Of a stretch of DNA of 33,015 bases, positions 9,005 through 17,609 are shown piece after piece. The stretch covers positions 1 through 33,015 of the forward strand of contig DATMJH010000009.1 of assembly GCA_035554015.1 (NCBI GenBank), read 5' to 3'. Within the stretch, counting starts at the first letter, position 1. Each line of letters opens with the position of its first letter. The notes under the pieces were generated by a model that was not told where the DNA came from, did not search any database, and worked only from the letters and a program-made list of their open reading frames with translations. The DNA is from Mycobacteriales bacterium. GTDB lineage: Bacteria > Actinomycetota > Actinomycetes > Mycobacteriales > SCTD01. Both the position numbers and the translations under genes were made by a program.

Positions 9005-9491
9005 TCAGCGGCGGGACGCGACCACTGGACGGGCCCACCGCACGCACAGTGCGACCAGCAGCACGTACATCGGGGTGCCGGTCAGCCGGAAGGCGCCGGC
9101 GCTGCCGACGCTGCCCGAGAGCGCGAACGCGGCCGTGACGCCGGCGCAATGGCGCGACGACGCCGGCCGCCTGCAACCCGAGGCCCGCGACCGCCGGCAG
9201 GAAGAACGCCTCCGCGCGTCCGGTGACGAGCGCGAGCCCGACGAGCACGAGCACGACGAGGAACCCGGCGACCGCGGGGGTCACCGGGTGGCCGCCGCGC
9301 AGCCGCTCGACGAGCACGACACCGCCGGCTACGGCACCCGCCGCGGCACCGACGACCAGCCCGCCGACGGCGTCGCCCGTCACGTAGGCGACCGTCGGCA
9401 GCGAGGCGAGCAGCGCGCCGCGGGCGCCGCCGAGGAGGTCGACGGCCCGTCGCAGCGGCGGGACGGCCACGGGCTCCGGGCGTGCGCTCAC
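9005..9491 (-). pseudogene. membrane protein gene with apparent frameshift near 9145-9165
   Basis: From GTG 9491 the frame gives a credible membrane protein up to ...FFLPAVAGLGLQAAGVVA. It then becomes an Arg-rich tail running to 8856, inside the convergent regulator gene. The adjacent frame reads AGVTAAFALSGSVGSAGAFRLTGTPMYVLLVALCVRWARPVVASRR and stops at 9005-9007, clear of the neighbour. Confidence 0.55.
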
Positions 9492-9661
9492 GACTCGTGC
9501 AGGTTCAGGTGCACGACGTCCCCCCTCGCGCCGGCAGCGCCGAGCCGGCGCCGCCCGCCGGGATCGTAGGCCGGGCAGGTCCGAGGCAGAGCGGTCACTG
9601 CTGCTCGACGTGGTCGTGCCCTGACCGTTCCGCCCGCCGCGACATGGGTAGCGGCACCCGC

Positions 9662-10459
9662 ATGACCCGTACCGCGATCGTCACCGGCTCCGACTCCGGC
9701 ATCGGCCGCGCGACGGCCGTCGCGCTCGCCCGCGACGGGCTCGACGTCGGCATCACCTTCAACCGCGACGAGCAGGGCGCGCAGCAGACCGCCGAGGAGG
9801 TCCGCGCGCTCGGCCGCCGTGCCGAGGTGCGCCACCTCGACCTCACCGACCTGCCCGCCGGCGCGGACGTCGTCGACGAGCTGGCCGACGCCCTCGGCGG
9901 CGACCTGTGGGTGCTCGTGAACAACAGCGGTACCGGCCCGGGCGGCTCGGTGCTCGAGCTGTCGTTCGAGGACTGGCGCACCGCGCTCTCGGTCGACCTC
10001 GACGGCGCGTTCCTGTGCCTGCAGCGCGCGTCGCGGCGCATGGTCAGGCAGGGCACCGGCGGGCGCGTCGTGAACATCACCAGCGTCCACGAGCACCAGC
10101 CGCGGGTCGGTGCGTCCGCCTACTGCGCCGCCAAGGGCGGGCTCGGGCTGCTCACCCGCACCGCCGCGATCGAGCTGGCGCAGCACGGCATCACGGTGAA
10201 CGCCGTCGCGCCGGGTGAGATCGCGACCCCGATGACCGGTCAGGAGGACGAGGACCCGACCGGACCGGGCAAGCACCGTCCCGGCGTGCCGCTCGGCCGC
10301 CCCGGCGACGCGCGCGAGGTCGCGGCCGTCGTGGCGTTCCTGGCGCGGGACGAGGCGGCGTACGTGACCGGCGCGTCGTGGTCGGTCGACGGCGGGATGC
10401 TGCAGATGGGGCCGATGGCCGGCTCCCACCTCACCAGCGACGACTGGCGTGAGGGCTGA
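9662..10459 (+). CDS. SDR family NAD(P)-dependent oxidoreductase
   Basis: TGSDSGIGRA (TGxxxGIG), NNSG, the catalytic SAYCAAKGG (YxxxK) and PGEIATPM. Start at ATG 9662 (MTRTAIVTG); ATG 9644 is an alternative. Confidence 0.9.
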   Translation: MTRTAIVTGSDSGIGRATAVALARDGLDVGITFNRDEQGAQQTAEEVRALGRRAEVRHLDLTDLPAGADVVDELADALGGDLWVLVNNSGTGPGGSVLELSFEDWRTALSVDLDGAFLCLQRASRRMVRQGTGGRVVNITSVHEHQPRVGASAYCAAKGGLGLLTRTAAIELAQHGITVNAVAPGEIATPMTGQEDEDPTGPGKHRPGVPLGRPGDAREVAAVVAFLARDEAAYVTGASWSVDGGMLQMGPMAGSHLTSDDWREG

Positions 10460-10496
10460 CCGGGTGGGCCGCTCGCAGGCGCCGTCCGCCACCCCG

Positions 10497-10556
10497 CAAG
10501 ATCTTCTGCAGTTCCGGCACATCCTGCCTGACGTGTCGGAACTGCAGAAGATCTTG
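10497..10556. terminator. perfect 20-bp inverted repeat (24 bp with a G-U pair), low-GC palindromic element
   Basis: CAAGATCTTCTGCAGTTCCG (10497-10516) pairs with CGGAACTGCAGAAGATCTTG (10537-10556). GCAC/GTGT extends the stem and leaves a 12-nt loop. It lies 38 nt downstream of the SDR stop and is followed by TCCTGTCC. Confidence 0.5.
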
Positions 10557-10623
10557 TCCTGTCCATGGACCGTCGCTGTCCACAGATCGCGCCGAGGCGG
10601 TCCCCGGCGCACCGCTCGGCTCC

Positions 10624-10629
10624 TAGCGT
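10624..10629 (+). promoter_or_regulatory. -10-like hexamer TAGCGT, 7 nt before GTG 10637 (leaderless candidate)
   Basis: TAGCGT-CCGCTGC-GTG read directly. No SD is present. Confidence 0.45.
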
Positions 10630-10636
10630 CCGCTGC

Positions 10637-10906
10637 GTGTCGACGATCACCGTGGAGCCCGCGGCGCTGACCCGGCTGGCCGGTCGGCTCGACGACGTCG
10701 CGGCCGAGCTCGGTGCCGCTGCGCGCGAGCTCTTCGCCGGAGCCGTGCCGGGCGACCTGGCCGACGCCGTGGACGACTTCTGCGCGTCCTGGCGGTGGGC
10801 GCTGGGCCGGGCCGGGGAGGCGGCTGCCGCCGCGGCCGGGCAGCTGCGCGACTCGGCCACCCGCTACAGCACGACCGACGCCGCGTTCGTCGGGACGCTG
10901 GTGTGA
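10637..10906 (+). CDS. small helical protein, EspC/WXG100-like (putative type VII secretion-associated)
   Basis: 89 aa: VSTITVEPAALTRLAGRLDDVAAELGAAARELFAGAVPGDLADAVDDFCASWRWALGRAGEAAAAAAGQLRDSATRYSTTDAAFVGTLV. The opening resembles EspC/DUF2580-type proteins as I remember them. Its stop overlaps the next start (GTGA). The start is inferred from the -10 spacing. Confidence 0.6.
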   Translation: MSTITVEPAALTRLAGRLDDVAAELGAAARELFAGAVPGDLADAVDDFCASWRWALGRAGEAAAAAAGQLRDSATRYSTTDAAFVGTLV

Positions 10907-11918
10907 GCGGGCTGGTCGCGCTGCTCGGTCTCGACCCCGCACCCGGCGACCCGGACGAGGTGCGCCGGCTGGCCCGTGCCGCCGGCCGGACGGCGCGGCG
11001 GCTCGGTTCGGCGGCCGAACGCCTGAGGTCGCTGGGCGCTGACCACGGGCTGTGGCAGGGCGAGGCGGCGGAGGCGTTCCGCACCCGAATCGACGACCTG
11101 CCGCGCCGGCTCGACGACGCGGCTGCGGCGCTGTCGGCGGTGCGCGGCACGCTCGACGGCTTCGCCGAGCGGCTGGAGGACGCGCAGCGTCGCGCCCGGC
11201 TCCTGGCCGGCGAGGCGCACGAGGTGCTGACCGGGCCCGAGCCGGTGGTCGTCGCGTACGACTCCCGACCGGCTCGGCTCGCCGCCGTCCGGCGCCGGGC
11301 GCACGCGCTGCGCGCCGAGGTCGCGGCCGACGCCGCTGCCACGGCGACCGTGCTGCGGCAGGCCGCCGAGCGGGCCCCCGACGAGCCGAGCCGGCTGGAG
11401 CGCGCCGTGGGCGCGCTCGACGCCTGGGTCGAGGACGTCGTCGTGGAGAACGCGCGAGCGGTCGAGGTGGTGTCGCTGGCGCTCGGCGTCGCGGCGAGCG
11501 TCGCCGCGGCGACGGGCGTCGGGCTGTCCGTCGCCGCGCCCCTGGCGGCCGCGAGCTATGCCGCCAGCCTCGCCCTCGTGCACTACACCGAGGCCGACGA
11601 GGACGACCTGCTGCTCGCCACCGTCGGCCTGCTCACCTTCGGGGTGGGCACCGCAGCGGCGTCCACCGTGCGTGCCGCGCATCTCGCCGGCGCGACGGCG
11701 TCGACGTCGTCAGGGGCGGCAGCGTGGGCGACGACGGCGAGCGTCGCCGCGACGGTCGGGCGCGGGGCGGGCAGGACCGGGTGGGCCGTCACGGCCTGGA
11801 GCGGCGGCGTCACCGCTGCCGGCGTCCACGGCGACGCGCGGCAGCGGTCCGCCAGGCGACGTCAACCCCTCGTCATCGCACCCGGTGCGCCGCCGGGCGG
11901 CGCGGCAGGCGCCGTGCC

Positions 11919-11931
<13 letters not shown>
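10903..11931 (+). CDS. WXG-motif N-terminal helical domain protein with multi-pass membrane C-terminal region
   Basis: 342 aa from GTG 10903. GDPDEVRRLARAAGRTARRLGSAAERLRSLGADHGLWQGEAAEAFRTRIDDLP contains W-Q-G about 45 aa from the N-terminus, followed by an Ala/Arg/Glu-rich helical region. Three hydrophobic segments follow (VVSLALGVAASVAAATGVGLSV, PLAAASYAASLALV, LLLATVGLLTFGVGTAAA), then a Gly/Ala/Thr tail. GC3 is high throughout. Confidence 0.7.
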
Positions 11932-13190
<1,259 letters not shown>

Positions 13191-13279
13191 GTGCGGCCTT
13201 CCGTCGGGGTCGGGGGTGGTGACCTCGGCACCAGTCTCGTACTGCCGCCTCGGCGGCGTTGCACCGGGGCAGCGCCGTC

Positions 13280-13285
13280 TAGCGT
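13280..13285 (+). promoter_or_regulatory. -10-like hexamer TAGCGT, 7 nt before GTG 13293 (leaderless candidate)
   Basis: TAGCGT-GCCCCGC-GTG read directly. Same hexamer and spacing as at 10624. Confidence 0.45.
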
Positions 13286-13292
13286 GCCCCGC

Positions 13293-14615
13293 GTGACCGG
13301 CGCGGACACCCGGACCGGACGGGCCCAGGACCGCGAGATCCTGCGCCTGGCGCTGCCCGCGCTCGGCGCGCTCGTCGCCGAGCCGCTCTACCTGCTCACC
13401 GACAGCGCCGTCGTCGGCACCCTCGGCACCGCGCCGCTCGCCGGGCTCGGGCTGGCCGCCACGGTGCTGGCGACGGCGGTCGCCCTCTGCGTGTTCCTGG
13501 CCTACGGCACGACCGCCACCGTGGCCCGGCGGCTGGGCGCGGGCGACGTCGCCGGGGCGCTGCGGTTCGGGGTCGACGGCATGTGGCTCGCGGTGGTGGC
13601 CGGCGTCGTCCTCGTCGCCGCCGGAGCGGTCGGCGGGGCGCCGCTGCTCGAGCTGATGGGCGCCTCGGACGCCGTCGGCCCGCATGCCACGACCTACCTG
13701 CTGGTCAGCCTGCTCGGCATCCCGGCGCAGCTGCTCGTGCTCGCCGCCACCGGCGTGCTGCGCGGGTTGCAGGACACCCGCACGCCGTTCGTGGTCGCCG
13801 GGGTCAGCGCGGCGGCCAACGCCGGCCTGTCGGCGCTGTTCGTCCTCGGGTTCGGCTGGGGGGTGGCCGGCTCGGCGTGGGCCACGGTGCTCGCGCAGAC
13901 CGGGGCGGCGGCCGCGTACCTGGCCGTGCTCGCGCCGTCGCTGCGCGCGCACGGCGTGCCGTGGCACCCCGACCTGCCCGGCCTGCGCCGCGCGGCGTCC
14001 GCCGGCGGGCACCTGCTGCTGCGCACTGCGACGCTGCGGGCGGCGCTGGTCGGCGCGACGCTCGTGGCCACCGCGATGGGCGACGAGGAGCTGGCCGCGC
14101 ACCACGTCGTCTTCCTCGTGTGGTCGCTGCTCGCCCTGGTGCTCGATGCGATCGCCATCGCGGCGCAGGCGCTGACCGGCCGCTCGCTCGGGGCCGGCGA
14201 CGCCGCGCTCACCCGCGCGACGACGCGGCGGATGGTGCAGTGGGGCGTCGTCGGTGGGGGAGCGCTCACGCTGGTCGTGCTGGCCGCGGCGCCCGTGCTG
14301 CCCGCGCTGTTCAGCGACGACGCCCGCGTGCGGTCGCTCATGACCGCCGCGCTCGTCGTCGCCGCGCTGCTGCAGCCGGTGGCCGGCGTCGTCTTCGTGC
14401 TCGACGGCGTGCTCATCGGCGCCGGCGACAACCGCTACCTGGCCCTGGCGGGGCTGTGGACGCTCGCGGCGTTCGGCGCCGCGGCGAGCGCCGTCGTGCT
14501 TCTCGACGGTGGGCTGGTCGCGCTGTGGTGCGCGATGGGGGCGTTCATGGTCGCCCGCCTGGTGGTCCTGACGCTGCGTGCCCGCGGCGACCGGTGGCTC
14601 GTCCTCGGCGGTTGA
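13293..14615 (+). CDS. MATE family efflux transporter (DinF-like)
   Basis: 440 aa with about 12 hydrophobic segments. The N-terminus REILRLALPALGALVAEPLYLLTDSAVVG and the internal LRGLQDTRTP are typical of MATE/DinF proteins. Confidence 0.9.
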   Translation: MTGADTRTGRAQDREILRLALPALGALVAEPLYLLTDSAVVGTLGTAPLAGLGLAATVLATAVALCVFLAYGTTATVARRLGAGDVAGALRFGVDGMWLAVVAGVVLVAAGAVGGAPLLELMGASDAVGPHATTYLLVSLLGIPAQLLVLAATGVLRGLQDTRTPFVVAGVSAAANAGLSALFVLGFGWGVAGSAWATVLAQTGAAAAYLAVLAPSLRAHGVPWHPDLPGLRRAASAGGHLLLRTATLRAALVGATLVATAMGDEELAAHHVVFLVWSLLALVLDAIAIAAQALTGRSLGAGDAALTRATTRRMVQWGVVGGGALTLVVLAAAPVLPALFSDDARVRSLMTAALVVAALLQPVAGVVFVLDGVLIGAGDNRYLALAGLWTLAAFGAAASAVVLLDGGLVALWCAMGAFMVARLVVLTLRARGDRWLVLGG

Positions 14616-14635
14616 CCCAGACCTCCCACCGGCGC

Positions 14636-14693
14636 CGATCTTCGTCTTGTGCACCTCGAACGTGCGGGCGGGGCCTGCACATGACGAAGATCG
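14636..14693. repeat. 17/18-bp inverted repeat sharing GATCTTC...GAAGATC ends with the 10497 element
   Basis: CGATCTTCGTCTTGTGCA (14636-14653) pairs with TGCACATGACGAAGATCG (14676-14693) with one T-T mismatch and a 22-nt loop. It starts 21 nt after the MATE stop and lies ~40 nt upstream of the putative pirin -10. Confidence 0.6.
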
Positions 14694-14729
14694 CGGCGGG
14701 GAGGGGTGGTGGAACAGGGCTGGGCGCAG

Positions 14730-14735
14730 TAGCGT
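14730..14735 (+). promoter_or_regulatory. -10-like hexamer TAGCGT upstream of pirin (leadered)
   Basis: Third TAGCGT in the window. It is ~45 nt upstream of ATG 14781, which has its own SD GAGGAGG. A 6+6 palindrome GTTGCG-AC-CGCAAC lies at 14748-14761 in the predicted leader. Confidence 0.35.
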
Positions 14736-14780
14736 TGTCGTTCGGTAGTTGCGACCGCAACCACCTGAGGAGGACCCCGG

Positions 14781-15752
14781 ATGCCCGCCGTCACCGCCGA
14801 CACCCTGACCCTGCCGCGCGTGCCCGCCCCCGGGCTGGGCGACGTGCCGCGCCCCGTGCGCGTCGTCAGCACGGCCCCGCAGGGCTACGAGGGGGAGGGC
14901 TTTCCCGTCCGCCGGGCCTTCGCCGGGCTGCCGTACGAGGTGCTCGACCCGTTCATCATGATGGACCAGATGGGCGAGGTGGAGTACGCGCCCGGAGAGC
15001 CCAAGGGCACCAGCTGGCACCCGCACCGCGGGTTCGAGACGGTCACCTACATCCTCGACGGCGCCTTCCAGCACCAGGACACCAGCGGTGGCGGCGGCGT
15101 GATCAAGGACGGCGCCACCCAGTGGATGACCGCAGGTGGCGGCATCCTGCACATCGAGACGCCGCCGGCCGAGCTGGTCGAGAGCGGCGGCACGTTTCAC
15201 GGCGTCCAGCTGTGGGTGAACCTGCCGGCCAAGGACAAGTTCGTCGACCCCGCGTACCAGAACCTCGAGGGCACCGACGTCGCGCTCACGGCGAGCGCCG
15301 ACGGCGGCACGCTGCTGCGCGTCATCGCCGGCTCGCTCGGCGCCGTGCAGGGGCCTGGCAGCACCCGCACGCCGATCACGCTGCTGCACGCCACGCTGGC
15401 GCCCGGCGCGCAGCTCGACCTGCCGTGGCGGGCGGACTTCAACGCCCTCGCCTACGTGCTGAGCGGCTCCGGTACCGCCGGTCTCGAGGCCGCGCCCGCG
15501 CGGACCGGCCAGTCGGTGGTCTTCGGCGCCGGGGACTCGCTGACCCTCCGTGCCGACGTCGCGCAGGAGTCCCGGCACGGGGCGCTCGAGGTCCTGGTGC
15601 TCGGCGGACAGCCGATCCGCGAGCCGGTCGCGCAGTACGGACCGTTCGTCATGAACACCCGCCAGCAGCTGCTCGAGGCGGTCGAGGACTTCCAGGCCGG
15701 CCGGCTCGGCGTCATCCCGCCGAACGCGCTCATGCCGCACGTCGTGCGCTGA
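14781..15752 (+). CDS. pirin family protein
   Basis: HPHRGFETVTYILDG metal-binding motif, two cupin halves, and SD GAGGAGG 7 nt upstream of the ATG. Confidence 0.95.
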   Translation: MPAVTADTLTLPRVPAPGLGDVPRPVRVVSTAPQGYEGEGFPVRRAFAGLPYEVLDPFIMMDQMGEVEYAPGEPKGTSWHPHRGFETVTYILDGAFQHQDTSGGGGVIKDGATQWMTAGGGILHIETPPAELVESGGTFHGVQLWVNLPAKDKFVDPAYQNLEGTDVALTASADGGTLLRVIAGSLGAVQGPGSTRTPITLLHATLAPGAQLDLPWRADFNALAYVLSGSGTAGLEAAPARTGQSVVFGAGDSLTLRADVAQESRHGALEVLVLGGQPIREPVAQYGPFVMNTRQQLLEAVEDFQAGRLGVIPPNALMPHVVR

Positions 15753-15767
15753 CGGCCGCCACGGCGT

Positions 15768-15823
15768 GAGGGTCGCGCTCCGACCCGCTTGCTCGCCGGC
15801 AAGCGGGTCGCAGCGCGACCCTC
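15768..15823. terminator. nested bidirectional hairpin between convergent genes
   Basis: Outer stem GAGGGTCGCGCT (15768-15779) pairs with AGCGCGACCCTC (15812-15823). Inner stem GACCCGCTTGC (15782-15792) pairs with GCAAGCGGGTC (15799-15809), with a 6-nt loop. Confidence 0.6.
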
Positions 15824-15842
15824 GAGCGGAAGGCGCAGTCGG

Positions 15843-16253
15843 TCAGCGATCGGCGTCGCGGCTGAAGCCCAGCCAGGCGAGCCCGAGCAGCACGGCGCCG
15901 GCGACGCCCACGGGCACCTCGTCACCGACGTGCTCGGCGTCCGACACCAGGCTGATGACCGGCTCCAGCAGGTCGCCGAGCCCCACGATCCAGAGCACCA
16001 GCAGGACGACGCCGCCCAGCGCGACGCCCACCCTCGCCCCCGTCCGCTGCCGGCGCAGCCCGCCTCCGACGGCGGCGACGACGCCGAGCAGCACACCGCC
16101 GAGGTAGAGGACCACCATCGGCGCATCGGGGATGCTGTCGCCGCTCGCGATGATCAGCACGGCCTTCAGCAGGAGCGCGGCGCCGGCTGCTGCGGCGACG
16201 TACGGCACCCAGGTGTGCCGGGCGCCGCGGGTGATCTGGTCGGTGACGGTCAC
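15843..16253 (-). CDS. small integral membrane protein (hypothetical)
   Basis: 136 aa from GTG 16253 with GAGGAGG 6 nt upstream. Four hydrophobic segments. Divergent from the sensor kinase. The remainder of listed ORF 15843..17378 is the antisense shadow of the kinase. Confidence 0.65.
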   Translation of the reverse strand: MTVTDQITRGARHTWVPYVAAAAGAALLLKAVLIIASGDSIPDAPMVVLYLGGVLLGVVAAVGGGLRRQRTGARVGVALGGVVLLVLWIVGLGDLLEPVISLVSDAEHVGDEVPVGVAGAVLLGLAWLGFSRDADR

Positions 16254-16346
16254 GGGTCCTCCTCGGGAGCGGCCCGGCCGGTCCGGGCGGCCGCCGAATG
16301 CTGCGGCGGTCGCGTGCACCGGGGCCTCGGCCGCCGGGCCCGACAT

Positions 16347-16390
16347 GTCTCTGCCGCACGGCAGAGGTGCCCCGGCGACGTCTCTGCCGC
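16347..16390 (+). promoter_or_regulatory. direct repeat GTCTCTGCCGC x2, 33 bp apart, plus inverted heptamer
   Basis: GTCTCTGCCGC occurs at 16347-16357 and 16380-16390. GGCAGAG at 16360-16366 is the inverted complement of CTCTGCC at 16349-16355. Candidate response-regulator binding sites upstream of the kinase start. Confidence 0.35.
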
Positions 16391-16421
16391 GAAGGTCGTG
16401 CGCCGGACCACCCGGCCGCCG

Positions 16422-16427
16422 TACCGT
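16422..16427 (+). promoter_or_regulatory. -10-like hexamer TACCGT, 6 nt before GTG 16434 (leaderless candidate)
   Basis: TACCGT-CCGGAC-GTG read directly. No SD is present. Confidence 0.4.
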
Positions 16428-16433
16428 CCGGAC

Positions 16434-17609
16434 GTGCCCGCCGTCTCCCGCCGCGCCGCTGCCGCGGCTGCGCGCGCCCGCACGTCGCTGACCGACGTCG
16501 CGTTCGCGGTCGCGCTGCTCGTGCTGGTGGTCGGCGAGCTCGCGATCGACGACTCGCGGCAGTCGCCTGCGACGGTCGCCGTCGTCGCGGCTGCGCTCGT
16601 CTCGGTCGCGTGGCGCCGCCGCGCGCCGGTGGCCGTGGCCGTCGCGGTGCTGGGCGCCTCGCTCCTGCTGTCGGCGACCGCCGAGGGCGAGTTCCCGCCG
16701 CAGCTGCCCTTCCTCGCCGACCTGCTCGTCGTCTACACCGTCGCCGCGCTGCTCGCCGGCCGGCGGGCGGTGGCGGCCGGCGCGCTCACGCTGGCTCTGG
16801 TGTGGACGGCGCACCTGCTCACCGGCGACGGAGACGCCGGCGACTTCCTGCCGGTGCTGATCTGGGGGGCACCATGGGCGGCCGGTCGCCTCGTGCGGCG
16901 CCGGACGCTCGAGGCCGCCGCCGCGGCGACGCGCGCGGCGCTGGTCGAGCAGCGCCGTGAGCAGGACCTGCGCGAGGCTGCCGCGCACGAGCGTGACCGC
17001 ATCGCTCGCGAGCTGCACGACGCCGTGGCGCACGGCGTCTCGCTGATGGTCGTGCAGGCCGGGGCCGAGCGGCTGCGGCTCGACGGCACCGCCGACGGCG
17101 ACCCGCGGACCCGCGAGGTGCTCGCGGCGGTCGAGCAGGCCGGCCGCAGCGCGCTCGGTGAGCTGCGCACGATGCTGGCGGTCCTGCGCGACGCGGAGAC
17201 CGACAGCGGCCGCCGCCCGGTGCCGGGGCTCGACGCCCTCCCCGAGCTCGTCGAGCGGGTGCGCCGGGCCGGCCTGCCGGTCGATGCCGAGATCGCCTGG
17301 CTCGCCGGCGTCCCGGTGACGGTCGGTCTCTCGGCCTACCGGATCGTGCAGGAGGCGCTGACGAACGTGCTCAAGCACTCGCCCGGTGCCCGTACCACCG
17401 TCGAGGTCGCGAAGGACGGCGCGGTCCTGCGGCTTCGGGTGACCAACTCGCTGCCCGCCGTGCCGAGCCAGCCCGGCCGGACCGGGCGCGGCGTCGTCGG
17501 CATGACGGAGCGCGCGGCGCTGCTCGGCGGGCGGGTGCGCGCCGCGGAGGACGGCCGGGCCTGGGTCGTCGACGCCGAGCTGCCGTTGACCGCCTCGGTG
17601 CCGACGTGA
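16434..17609 (+). CDS. sensor histidine kinase (HisKA_3/DesK-like, NarL-type partner)
   Basis: N-terminal multi-pass membrane region, H-box HERDRIARELHDAVAHGVS, and an ATPase region (IVQEALTNVLKHS, GRGVVGMTERAALLGG). GTG 16398 is an alternative start. The stop overlaps the regulator start (GTGA). Confidence 0.85.
   Translation: MPAVSRRAAAAAARARTSLTDVAFAVALLVLVVGELAIDDSRQSPATVAVVAAALVSVAWRRRAPVAVAVAVLGASLLLSATAEGEFPPQLPFLADLLVVYTVAALLAGRRAVAAGALTLALVWTAHLLTGDGDAGDFLPVLIWGAPWAAGRLVRRRTLEAAAAATRAALVEQRREQDLREAAAHERDRIARELHDAVAHGVSLMVVQAGAERLRLDGTADGDPRTREVLAAVEQAGRSALGELRTMLAVLRDAETDSGRRPVPGLDALPELVERVRRAGLPVDAEIAWLAGVPVTVGLSAYRIVQEALTNVLKHSPGARTTVEVAKDGAVLRLRVTNSLPAVPSQPGRTGRGVVGMTERAALLGGRVRAAEDGRAWVVDAELPLTASVPT

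Noticed and set aside
5305-9138. 1277-aa plus-strand ORF, one of the three longest ORFs in the window
   Set aside because: The translation is Arg/Ala/Pro/Gly-rich low complexity. It runs through five better-supported genes on both strands (small ORF, DUF2203, ACAD in another frame, membrane protein, MmyB-like regulator). This is the typical stop-poor shadow frame of very GC-rich DNA.
10449-10670. 73-aa ORF spanning the 10497-10556 palindrome
   Set aside because: It exists only because the hairpin region lacks stops. It has no SD or -10 at a sensible offset, an Arg-rich C-terminal half, and it overlaps the better-supported EspC-like start.
13191-15740. Upstream 850 codons of the 1273-aa minus-strand ORF 11919..15740
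   Set aside because: Only the last 423 codons (citrate synthase, with its own ATG and SD at 13190) look like protein. The rest is Arg/Gly/Pro-rich and antisense to the well-supported MATE and pirin genes.
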